Below, piece by piece: positions 1 to 7,651 of a stretch of 39,689 nucleotides of DNA. A program made the position numbers and the translations under genes. The stretch's first letter is position 1. Each line of letters starts with the position of its first letter. Origin of the DNA: an uncultured Dehalococcoidales bacterium (GTDB taxonomy: Bacteria; Chloroflexota; Dehalococcoidia; Dehalococcoidales; BS750m-G39); contig CAYNFV010000002.1 of the NCBI GenBank assembly GCA_964396645.1, positions 1 to 39,689 of the forward strand, written 5' to 3'. Under the pieces are notes generated by a model that did not search any database, was not told the origin of the DNA, and saw only the letters and a program-made list of their open reading frames with translations.

Positions 1-94
1 CCGGTCAGAATAGCCGCCTTGTTTGCTCGGCAACACATTCCATCTTTTCGTTCAATAGAGGCTATGCTACGAACAGATGAATCCGCTAGCCGGT

Positions 95-1111
95 CTATTG
101 TTTATATGGGTAATTGTCTAGCCAGTTCTTAATAGTCCCTTTAGATACCCCCATTAACTTAGCTATTTGCCCTAGTGATAGTCCCTGATGTTTAAGCTCT
201 TTTGCCTTCGAAATCCGCTGGCTCAGGGGTGTCTTTTTAGGCGGTCTGGCTATTATCCCTCCTCCGGTAGCAAAAATGTGACCAAGTTTCTCACTCCAGA
301 ATGATGGTAGGGAATTTTCTACTAGCCCCACAAAGTCACTATCTGGAGCATAAACATAAGCCCACCCTCTCTTATCACCGTTTACGGTAGTAAATGCTTG
401 CTTTGCCTGTGTCGCAATGTCATTAAGTTCTCGTCGGTCAAACTTCAGTTGCAGTAAGCCTAAATCCTTGAAAATTATCACGTTGGCTGAACTGGCGATA
501 TTCCTGTCTATCTGCCTGCTTTCCTGGGAGACGAAAATCAAGGTTTGTTCCCGCTGCCGGGACAGGTTTATTAGTTGGGACATTGCCTTAGCCTCAGCCG
601 CCATGCTAGAGCGGGCATGGAAGGGCATGTACGCTTCATCCACTAGAACAATAGCTTTTGGTGGCACATCTTCCAAGCTAGCACTCATACCTACCCAATC
701 GGGTAGTAGCTTCCTGGCATTTTCCGGTAAACCGACAACATAGGGACTGGCTATCCACCGTAAATGCTCCAACAGCCGATAGCCAAGAGCACTCTTACCC
801 TTCCCTCTCCCACCCAAAATCACAGTAACCGAGGGGTGGCGAATGAGCTTTAGCCAATTTCCCGCCTCAACTGTCTGAGAATCTGGAGCCAGCTTTAATG
901 GCTGTGGTTGAGGCTCTGGTAGGGTAGGTTTTCCAAAGGTCTCATTGAAGGCTTTCTCAAGAATGCCTTTTATGTCTGGATTAGCGAGGATATTGCGAGG
1001 GCTGGGTTTTAAGTTACTACTGGGGGCTTGGCTAGTATAGTCTATCTCCTGCAATATCTTATAAGCAATCCAAAGACCAAGCCCCCACTTAAGAATCTCT
1101 GTTCCTTTCAT
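95..1111 (-). CDS. P-loop NTPase (Zot/AAA-like) with an N-terminal TM helix and a C-terminal helix-turn-helix; mobile-element protein of unknown role
   Basis: 338-aa ORF. Walker A is GGRGKGKS and Walker B is IVLVDEA. The N-terminus is hydrophobic (ILKWGLGLWIAYKIL). The C-terminal HTH is LSLGQIAKLMGVSKGTIKNWL. GAGGTGA lies 8 nt upstream of the ATG at 1111. Confidence 0.6.
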   Translation of the reverse strand: MKGTEILKWGLGLWIAYKILQEIDYTSQAPSSNLKPSPRNILANPDIKGILEKAFNETFGKPTLPEPQPQPLKLAPDSQTVEAGNWLKLIRHPSVTVILGGRGKGKSALGYRLLEHLRWIASPYVVGLPENARKLLPDWVGMSASLEDVPPKAIVLVDEAYMPFHARSSMAAEAKAMSQLINLSRQREQTLIFVSQESRQIDRNIASSANVIIFKDLGLLQLKFDRRELNDIATQAKQAFTTVNGDKRGWAYVYAPDSDFVGLVENSLPSFWSEKLGHIFATGGGIIARPPKKTPLSQRISKAKELKHQGLSLGQIAKLMGVSKGTIKNWLDNYPYKQ

Positions 1112-1133
1112 GATATATTCACCTCACTTCTCG

Positions 1134-1226
1134 GGTGTTCAATACCGTTCAACTAGATATGAAAGTTGAACACCTGGCCGTTCAACTCCGTTCAATTGAA
1201 CAGGCGGCTTGAACACCTTGTTGAAT
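1134..1226. promoter_or_regulatory. Iteron/operator array: seven exact GTTCAA/TTGAAC cores plus one TTGAAT variant in 93 bp
   Basis: GGTGTTCAA 1134-1142, CCGTTCAAC 1145-1153, TTGAACACC 1166-1174, CCGTTCAAC 1178-1186 and CCGTTCAAT 1188-1196. The palindrome GTTCAATTGAAC is at 1190-1201, TTGAACACC at 1209-1217 and TTGAAT at 1221-1226. The array lies between the ATPase start (1111) and the integrase stop (1323). Confidence 0.5.
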
Positions 1227-1322
1227 CCCCACTTTTACCTCACCATTGATCTGCCCATATATATAAGAATTAATCCTTCACCTATCCCCATTGAATTGTA
1301 ATAAAGCCCCTATATTCGCACC

Positions 1323-2333
1323 TCACGACAAGGGGGCCTTGTAGAACCTCAGGCTGTCGCTGAAGGTCACCGACCGCGTGTACCGCTGCACCATCTCCAG
1401 GCTTTCCCACCGGCCTAGGTCTTTGATGGTCATCACGTCGAGCCCGGCCTTCCTGAGCAGGCAGGCAAAGGTGCGGCGGAAGGTGTGGGGGTTACAGGGC
1501 AGGCCGGTGGATAATCTCAGCCGCCTGAGCATGGAGACGACACCCCACCTCTCAAGACCCCAGATGTTGCCGCCGTTCGGCTGAAATTCATTGAGCCAGC
1601 GCCTAATGTATTTTCGCGTGGTTTTGCCCAGCGGGGCCAGCGCCTCTTTTCGACCCTTCCCCATCACCCTCACCGTGCCCGTCTCCCAGTCTAAATCCTG
1701 GGGCCTGACGTTGACCAGCTCGGTAAGGCGAAGCCCGCTCTCGGTGAACATGGCGATGACGGCCCGGTCCCGGTCGCTATCCACTTGGTCGATAAGGCAG
1801 GCTACCTGCTCCCGCGTCAGGCTAGGCAGTATCAGCTTGTCTAACCGCGGTGCCTTCAGGTGTTTAATAGGGTTGGGCAGCTCGAAGCTCTCCTCCCGCC
1901 AGTTGTAGAAGGTCTTAATTGCCCGGTAGTAGGCATGGCGGTTGCCGAGGTTCTCAAACTTGAGCAGGAACGTCTCAATATCCTGCCTCTGGGCCTTGTC
2001 GGCGTTCACCTCGGATAAGAACCGGCCCAGCTTCGACTGGTAAAACTTCAGGGTGGCCAGCGTTACCGCCATCGCCTGCCGCGAGCGGAGAAAGAGAGAA
2101 AGGTAATCGCGCTCGGTCTTGGTGCCCTGACCAGCCAGGGCTTCGAGGAGCCTTTTCGAGGGAGGGCGGTTACCGTGTTTTACCTGGGAAACATAGGACT
2201 TGCTTAAATTACTTAACTCGGCAATTTCGGTCACGCCTAAGTCGTTAAGCAATCGTAGCTGGTAGACAGTCTCATAAGCCTTTGGTCGTGGGTTCAAATC
2301 CCTCCGCTGCCAGGAAAAGTGAGGCAAACCCAT
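1323..2333 (-). CDS. Tyrosine recombinase / phage-type integrase (XerC/D-like); start codon uncertain
   Basis: Catalytic residues are present: Arg in ESGLRLTEL, H-x-x-R in HTFRRTF and the Tyr nucleophile in MVQRYTR. An upstream core-binding domain and an N-terminal HTH-like segment (LGVTEIAELSNLSKSYVSQV) are present. The ATG at 2333 sits in the loop of hairpin 2322-2345. Codons 8-21 (WQRRDLNPRPKAYE) are the antisense of the tRNA fragment. TTG 2252 or GTG 2234 are alternative starts. Confidence 0.85.
   Translation of the reverse strand: MGLPHFSWQRRDLNPRPKAYETVYQLRLLNDLGVTEIAELSNLSKSYVSQVKHGNRPPSKRLLEALAGQGTKTERDYLSLFLRSRQAMAVTLATLKFYQSKLGRFLSEVNADKAQRQDIETFLLKFENLGNRHAYYRAIKTFYNWREESFELPNPIKHLKAPRLDKLILPSLTREQVACLIDQVDSDRDRAVIAMFTESGLRLTELVNVRPQDLDWETGTVRVMGKGRKEALAPLGKTTRKYIRRWLNEFQPNGGNIWGLERWGVVSMLRRLRLSTGLPCNPHTFRRTFACLLRKAGLDVMTIKDLGRWESLEMVQRYTRSVTFSDSLRFYKAPLS
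2271..2312 (+). repeat. tRNA-Met(CAU)-like 3'-half, copy A (anticodon loop to discriminator); att-site remnant, not a functional tRNA
   Basis: CTCATAA (loop, anticodon CAT) + GCCTT + TGGTC (variable) + GTGGG/TTCAAAT/CCCTC (T arm, one U-U mismatch) + CGCTGCC + A = 42 nt. No complementary 5' half lies upstream. Confidence 0.75.
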
Positions 2334-2353
2334 CAGGGTTTGCCTTTAGTTTT
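2322..2353 (+). terminator. Rho-independent terminator-like hairpin directly after tRNA-half copy A
   Basis: Perfect 10-bp stem (AGGCAAACCC 2322-2331 / GGGTTTGCCT 2336-2345), loop ATCA, then TTAGTTTT. Confidence 0.55.
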
Positions 2354-2396
2354 GCCTACCGCATCCATAATGTGCTATAAATACTGGAATGCATCC

Positions 2397-2425
2397 TTGA
2401 CAGATATTTCTGCTTTTTTTAAGTT
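2397..2425 (+). promoter_or_regulatory. Possible sigma70-type promoter of the first AOR gene
   Basis: TTGACA at 2397-2402, a 17-nt spacer, then TAAGTT at 2420-2425. The -10 element is weak. Confidence 0.3.
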
Positions 2426-2458
2426 CCTTGGCTAATCAAATAGAAGAGTGGAGTGTGC

Positions 2459-4630
2459 ATGGAAATACTACGCCAAATCAAATATAAGCGCGCCAGGGTG
2501 GCGGGGGGCTATACCGACCGAATACTCAGGGTGAATCTGAGCTCAATGGAAATTACCATCCAGAAACTGCCCCCCGATTTCAAGAGCAAGTACATCGGCG
2601 GCCGAGGATACGCCCTTAAGCTTATCTGGGACGGCACAACTCAGGAAACCCATTACGACAGTCCCGATAATATTCTGGTAATGGCCAGCGGGCCGCTCGG
2701 CAATGAGCCCGCCTTTCCCGGAACGGGTAAGTTCATCGTCGGCACTATTTCACCTCTGACCGATACCTTTATCGATTCCAACGTCGGCGGTCATTTCGGG
2801 CCGCTCCTGAAACTGGCCGGTTTTGATGCCTTGGCTGTTTCCGGGATATCCAGAGAAGAGGTGGTCATTGTGGTTGACGGCGACGATCAAACCATCACTA
2901 TCGCCGCGGCGCCCGCCTATCCGATGGAAATCGATAAGGGCGCGCTTTCCTTTGGCCAGAGACTGCTCAAAGACATCAATGGTGGCGACTATAGCGACTG
3001 CCTGGCGGCCGTAACGGCGGGGGGAGGCGCCTGCCACGCCCGTTTCGGGGTGACTCACAGCTTATTCTTTGACCGAAGGAGAGGCAGAATTCGCTCCAAA
3101 CAGGCGGGAAGGGGCGGTACGGGAACCATCATGCGGGCCAAGGGGCTTCGAAGCATTGTGGTACGCTCCAGCCTGCCCAAAGTAAACGGTAATAATGCCA
3201 TAGATAGGAAGGGAGTGCGGGAGGCAGGGCGCCAGCTAAAGAAGGTTATCTCTATAGCCGACCCTAAACAGCTCCATTTATCGGCATGGGGAACCACCAT
3301 TCTGTCCGAGTATATGGATAAATTCCACGTCTTTCCCATAAACAACTACCAGTACGGGCATAGTCCCCAGTCGGCAGAACTCTTTGGCCACGTCTTCCGT
3401 GACCGCTACTTTACCAAAAAGATACCCGATGGTTGCTATTATGGATGTAACCTGGCCTGCGCCAAGGGTGCCGAAAATGTAGAGCTGACACGTGGCCCCA
3501 AGGCAGGGCAGAGGGTCAGTGTTGACGGGCCCGAATATGAAACCGTGGGTGCCGTCAGCTGCATGGGCATCTTTGACACCCATTTCGCCATGGAATACAA
3601 CTGGTACTGCGATGAATACGGCCTAGATACCATTTCTACGGCGGTGACCACCGGCTTTTTTATGGAGTGCTTCCAGCGGGGATACCTAACTGTTGATGAC
3701 ACTGGTTATGAGCTGAGCTTTGGTAACATAGATGCGGTGAACAGGTTGCTGCAAGAAACCACCAGCGGTAAGGGTTTCGGCAAGGTTGTCGGCCAGGGTG
3801 TGGCGAGAGGTAAGGAATGGGTCGCCGAGAAATATGCCGCCCGAAATAATACTCCCAAAGATGCGGTAATGGCGGAGCTGAATAAATTCGGCATGGAGGT
3901 TAAGGGGCTTGAGTTCTCCATGTACATCAGTAAGGAGTCGCTGGCCCAGCAGGGTGGCTATGGCCTCGCTCTCAAAGGACCGCAGCATGACGAGGCATGG
4001 CTGATTTTCATCGACCAGGTTTACCAGGAACTGCCAACCTTAGAGGACAAAGCGGCAGCGCTTAAATGGTTCCCCTTGATTCGCACCTGGTTTAATGCTA
4101 CCGGACTCTGCAAGCTCCACTGGATTGATGTGCGAAATCCGGAGGCAGCAAATACCGAGGAACCAGCCAAGAACCTGCCCACACTGGCCCACTACACTCG
4201 CTACCTTAACGCGACCACGGGGAGCAAAAAGACTCTTCAGGATATTATTGATGACTCAGAAAGGCTATACATACTGCAGAAGCTAATAAATTTGCGCCAT
4301 GGTAAAGGGAGGCGAGCTAATGACCAGCTCCCCTTAAGGGCAATGGGCCCCGCCTTCTTTAACGAATACCAGTCACGGGCTGAATACTATGACGAATGGT
4401 TGCGCAAAAATCTCGGGGATGGCAAGCTGCCAGCTAGCCCAGAGCAGCGGCATAAACTCCTCATCGAGAAGAGGAGCCAAGCCTATCAACAGCTCTGCGA
4501 CGCCGCCTACGAAAAGAAGGGCTTTACTAAAGAAGGGATACCCAGGCGTGAAACCGTGGAAAAGTTCGCTCTCATGGACGAACAGGCAAGGAAGCTATTT
4601 GACGAACTGGGCATGAGAGGCTGGACATAA
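2459..4630 (+). CDS. Aldehyde:ferredoxin oxidoreductase (AOR) family tungsto/molybdopterin enzyme, long form (about 720 aa), no adjacent partner subunit
   Basis: AOR N-terminal domain (GGYTDRILRVNLS...YIGGRGYALKLIW). Other AOR motifs are GRGGTGTIMRAKGLRSIVV, the FeS motif CYYGCNLAC, GPEYETVGA and DEYGLDTIS. GGAG at 2450-2453 favours the ATG at 2459 over the GTG at 2453. Confidence 0.9.
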   Translation: MEILRQIKYKRARVAGGYTDRILRVNLSSMEITIQKLPPDFKSKYIGGRGYALKLIWDGTTQETHYDSPDNILVMASGPLGNEPAFPGTGKFIVGTISPLTDTFIDSNVGGHFGPLLKLAGFDALAVSGISREEVVIVVDGDDQTITIAAAPAYPMEIDKGALSFGQRLLKDINGGDYSDCLAAVTAGGGACHARFGVTHSLFFDRRRGRIRSKQAGRGGTGTIMRAKGLRSIVVRSSLPKVNGNNAIDRKGVREAGRQLKKVISIADPKQLHLSAWGTTILSEYMDKFHVFPINNYQYGHSPQSAELFGHVFRDRYFTKKIPDGCYYGCNLACAKGAENVELTRGPKAGQRVSVDGPEYETVGAVSCMGIFDTHFAMEYNWYCDEYGLDTISTAVTTGFFMECFQRGYLTVDDTGYELSFGNIDAVNRLLQETTSGKGFGKVVGQGVARGKEWVAEKYAARNNTPKDAVMAELNKFGMEVKGLEFSMYISKESLAQQGGYGLALKGPQHDEAWLIFIDQVYQELPTLEDKAAALKWFPLIRTWFNATGLCKLHWIDVRNPEAANTEEPAKNLPTLAHYTRYLNATTGSKKTLQDIIDDSERLYILQKLINLRHGKGRRANDQLPLRAMGPAFFNEYQSRAEYYDEWLRKNLGDGKLPASPEQRHKLLIEKRSQAYQQLCDAAYEKKGFTKEGIPRRETVEKFALMDEQARKLFDELGMRGWT

Positions 4631-4658
4631 CCAGATTTGCTGGTTTTCGCCACTTTAG

Positions 4659-4700
4659 CTCATAAGCCTTGGGTCGTGGGTTCAAATCCCCCCGCTACCA
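4659..4700 (+). repeat. tRNA-Met(CAU)-like 3'-half, copy B; att-site remnant
   Basis: CTCATAAGCCTTGGGTCGTGGGTTCAAATCCCCCCGCTACCA. It has 3 mismatches to copy A, a U-C mismatch in the T stem and no 5' half upstream. Confidence 0.75.
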
Positions 4701-4735
4701 TTTCTTTGTGCCTGATTTTCCCCCACCCCCAACAC

Positions 4736-6205
4736 CTAACCAGGGACTTCCACAATCAGGGTCGTGCCCTGTCCTAGTGTTGACTCCACTTCGAGCGTGC
4801 CGCCTAATAGCTTGGCTCTCTCCTGCATCCCCACCAGCCCCAGCTTGCCGCTGCGGGGCAGGTCGTCCACCCTCCCCACCAGCTTGAAGCCCCGCCCGTT
4901 GTCGCTGATGGTCACCCTCACCTTGTCACTGGTAAAGTCGATGACCACGTTGGCCTCAGAAGCCTGGGCGTGGCGCCGGATATTGTTCAGCGCCTCCTGA
5001 ATGATGCGGAAGAGCGAAGACTCGAACTCAGGGGCAAAGCGCTTCTCTTCGCCGACTACCTCCAGATTGCTGCCGATGCCGTCGTACTCCTGCATGTCTT
5101 TCATTAATGAGCGTAGGGCGGGGATTAAACCCAAATCGTCGAGCAGCGAGGGCCTCAAATCCTGCACGAAACGGTGCACCCCCTGTACCCCCCGGTTGAG
5201 CTGCGCCTGCAGGTCTTTAAGGAACAGGACCTCGTTGGGGGCCAGCCCCGACTTCTTACGCACGAAGTTGTCCAGCTGCCGCGACAGGGAGCCGAGAAGT
5301 TGGGCGGTATCATCGTGCAGCTCGCGGGCGATGCGCTTGCGCTCCTCCTCCTGCGCTCTTGTAATCTCCTGAAGGTAGTAGCGCAGGTTCTCCTGCATCC
5401 GCTTCTCCTGGGTAACATTGCGGGCGATATTGTGGAAGCCGATGGGCTCGCCGTCGCTGCTAATCAGGTTGGTCGAGACCATGCATATCGCCTCCGAGCC
5501 GTCCTTTTTAATCAGCCTCAGCTCGTAGGGCAGCTCCACGTAAAGGTGCTGCTCCAGCCGCCGCCCCACCTCCCGCGCCAGCTTAAGGCTCTCCTCACCC
5601 AGAAAGGACTTTACGTTCATCCTCAGCAGTTCCTCCACCGGATAGCCGCTTAAGGTCGCGGCGGCTTTGTTGGCCGTCTGGATGTTGCCCTCCAGGTCGT
5701 GCGACCAGATAGCGTCGTAGGCCCCCTCGAACAAAGCGCGGAAGCTCTTCTCCGATTCGTGCAGTGCCTCCTCGGCCTTCTTGCGCTCGGTGATGTCCTC
5801 CAGCGTCTCGATGGCGCCGATGATTTCGCCGTCGTTATTGCGAATGGGGCTGGCGGTGAAGTGGAGCCACTTCCCCCCCTCCCCTATTTCGGGGAAAAAG
5901 TCCTCGGCTTCATAGGCGCCCTCGATGAGGGGTGACTGGCCGTGTTGTCCCGTGTAGTAGGCGGCAATCTCGCTCAGAAGGGCGCCGTCGACGATAAAAT
6001 CGGCCATGGAAGGCCGCTTCTCGGAATAGAAGGGCCGCCACTGCTGGTCGGTGCCGATAACCCTATCCCGCTTGATGCCCGAAAGCGCCTCCAGAGCGGT
6101 GTTCCAGTAAATGACGCGGTGCTGCTTATTGATGACGAAAGAGGGTATGGAAGAGCCGTCGATAATCTTGGCCAGCATCTCCGAACCCGGTAAACTCTGC
6201 GGCAT
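4736..6205 (-). CDS. Cytoplasmic multi-PAS sensor histidine kinase (HisKA_3/NarX-DegS type)
   Basis: There is no TM segment. PAS-like repeats are joined by ITERKKAEEAL-type linkers. The H-box is RELHDDTAQLL, the N-box is NNIRRHAQA, G1 is DNGRGF and G2 is GLVGMQERAKLLGG. Confidence 0.9.
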   Translation of the reverse strand: MPQSLPGSEMLAKIIDGSSIPSFVINKQHRVIYWNTALEALSGIKRDRVIGTDQQWRPFYSEKRPSMADFIVDGALLSEIAAYYTGQHGQSPLIEGAYEAEDFFPEIGEGGKWLHFTASPIRNNDGEIIGAIETLEDITERKKAEEALHESEKSFRALFEGAYDAIWSHDLEGNIQTANKAAATLSGYPVEELLRMNVKSFLGEESLKLAREVGRRLEQHLYVELPYELRLIKKDGSEAICMVSTNLISSDGEPIGFHNIARNVTQEKRMQENLRYYLQEITRAQEEERKRIARELHDDTAQLLGSLSRQLDNFVRKKSGLAPNEVLFLKDLQAQLNRGVQGVHRFVQDLRPSLLDDLGLIPALRSLMKDMQEYDGIGSNLEVVGEEKRFAPEFESSLFRIIQEALNNIRRHAQASEANVVIDFTSDKVRVTISDNGRGFKLVGRVDDLPRSGKLGLVGMQERAKLLGGTLEVESTLGQGTTLIVEVPG

Positions 6206-6214
6206 AAGATACCC

Positions 6215-6880
6215 CTAAGGCAGCTCTTCTAAGGTGAGCCAGCCCTTTCTCAGCCCGTAGAGCACGGCCTCGGTGCGGGAGCCGACCCCCAGCTTATTGA
6301 AGATAGTCCTCAGGTGCCCCTCGACGGTGCGGTTGCTTAAGTGCAGCTTATCGGCGATGTCCTTGTTGGTCATCCCCTGGGCTGCCAGCTTGATGATATC
6401 CGTCTCCCGCTCGCTCAGGTGCTCGGAGGGCCTTTCCAGACCCTTCGCCTTGCCCGGCAACCGGAAATAGTTGACCACCTTGCGCGCCACCACCGGGTCG
6501 AGCACCGGCTCGCCCTTATAGACCGCCTGGATGGCGCGGGTCAGCTCGTCGCCGCTGACGCTCTTCAAGAGGTAGCCGGCCGCCCCGGCTTTAAGCAGGG
6601 CGAAGACGTACTCGTCGTCGTCATAGGCGCTTAAGATAAGCACGGCGACGCGGGGGTTGTTCAGCTTTATCTGTCGCGTGGCTTCGATGCCGTTCAGCCT
6701 GGGCATGGCGACATCCATAATAACCACATCGGGTTTGAGCTCGCCGGCCTTCTGCACCGCCTCCTCCCCATCGCCCGCCTCCCCCACCACCGTCAGCCCC
6801 TTCTCCGCTTCCAAAAGCCGGCGGATACCCTCCCTAGTTATGACATGGTCCTCGGCGAGAAGAACGCTAATCGTACCCAT
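6215..6880 (-). CDS. NarL/FixJ-family response regulator (REC + LuxR-type HTH)
   Basis: VLLAEDH, phospho-acceptor context DVVIMDVAMPRLNG, and HTH LSERETDIIKLAAQGMTNKDIADKLHLSNRTVEGHLRTIFNKLGV. Its stop is 9 nt upstream of the kinase gene start. Confidence 0.9.
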   Translation of the reverse strand: MGTISVLLAEDHVITREGIRRLLEAEKGLTVVGEAGDGEEAVQKAGELKPDVVIMDVAMPRLNGIEATRQIKLNNPRVAVLILSAYDDDEYVFALLKAGAAGYLLKSVSGDELTRAIQAVYKGEPVLDPVVARKVVNYFRLPGKAKGLERPSEHLSERETDIIKLAAQGMTNKDIADKLHLSNRTVEGHLRTIFNKLGVGSRTEAVLYGLRKGWLTLEELP

Positions 6881-7139
6881 AAGGAAAATACCTCCAATTA
6901 ATCATAGCAGAGCCAGACGTCCCCGTTCAAGCGTTAAATCAACCCCCAAATCCAGGGTGGATGGGTATTATCACCTGCGTATTTCTACCTAATACAGAAT
7001 GCGTAGTCGGTGGAAACACTGCTGGAAAACACCCGCCTTAATAGGGCAAATACTGATGGAAAAAACGGGCGTGATAACGGATGGAAAGGGCCCGCGAGGA
7101 GAGTAGCATAAGGGTAGAGTTTATAAGGAGGTCGGCTTC

Positions 7140-7637
7140 ATGGAGGTTAGCCTCGATTTCAGCAAGGTCAAGGAAATCGTCGAAGACTACACGGAAAAGG
7201 TCGATTCCCTTATCGACAGCTACGCCGACAAGAAGGAGCAGATAATATCGCTGCTCCAGGATATCCAGGCCGAGTTCAACTATTTGCCCCAGGACGTCCT
7301 GGTCAAAATCAGCCAGAAGCTGGATATCCCCCTAAGCCAGGTCTTCAGCGTGGCTACATTTTTCCGCGCCTTCAGCCTCAAGCCCAGGGGCCGCCACTTG
7401 GTGACCGTCTGCCTGGGCACCGCCTGCCACGTCAAGGGCGGCCAGAGGCTGGTGGACAAGGTGGAGAGGGACTACAAAATCAAGCCCGGCGAGACCACCG
7501 AGGACATGCGCTTCACGCTGGAGGCAGTCAACTGCCTGGGCTGCTGCGCCCTGGGCCCCGTGGTCGTCGTCGACGGCAAGTACGAGAGCAAGGTAACCCC
7601 GGATAAGCTCGACCGCGTCCTGAAGAAATACCGATAA
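7140..7637 (+). CDS. NuoE/HydC-like thioredoxin-fold [2Fe-2S] subunit
   Basis: Cys motifs CLGTACHVKG and NCLGCCALGPVVVVDG. A TAAGGAGG RBS precedes the ATG. Confidence 0.9.
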   Translation: MEVSLDFSKVKEIVEDYTEKVDSLIDSYADKKEQIISLLQDIQAEFNYLPQDVLVKISQKLDIPLSQVFSVATFFRAFSLKPRGRHLVTVCLGTACHVKGGQRLVDKVERDYKIKPGETTEDMRFTLEAVNCLGCCALGPVVVVDGKYESKVTPDKLDRVLKKYR

Positions 7638-7651
7638 AGGCGAGGGAAGAA

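Larger units (their letters stand above)
1..2312. mobile_element. Right-hand portion of an integrative element (ATPase, iteron array, tyrosine integrase) ending at a tRNA-Met 3'-half att remnant; the left boundary is outside the window
   Basis: The integrase gene abuts the 42-nt tRNA 3'-half at 2271-2312. The ATPase gene is AT-richer than the integrase: hand count 21/60 G+C at 101-160 versus 35/60 at 1381-1440. Two further copies of the same tRNA half lie downstream. Confidence 0.55.

Noticed and set aside
2221-2312. Possible complete tRNA-Met gene at copy A (likewise at 4620-4700 and 10960-11042)
   Set aside because: The bases upstream of each CTCATAA loop cannot pair with the 3' anticodon-stem strand GCCTT or with the acceptor strand. 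Only 3' halves are present.
2334-2452. Moco/tungsten-cofactor riboswitch upstream of the first AOR gene (also checked upstream of 14716 and 24315)
   Set aside because: I could not recognise the conserved Moco-motif elements by eye, and the leaders are short and AT-rich. A covariance-model scan would be needed to exclude it formally.
4669-4887. 72-aa + strand ORF beginning MGRGFKSPRYHFF
   Set aside because: Its first codons are a translation of tRNA-half copy B. The rest is antisense to the 3' end of the histidine kinase gene. The sequence is Pro/Ala-rich and low in complexity, with no RBS.
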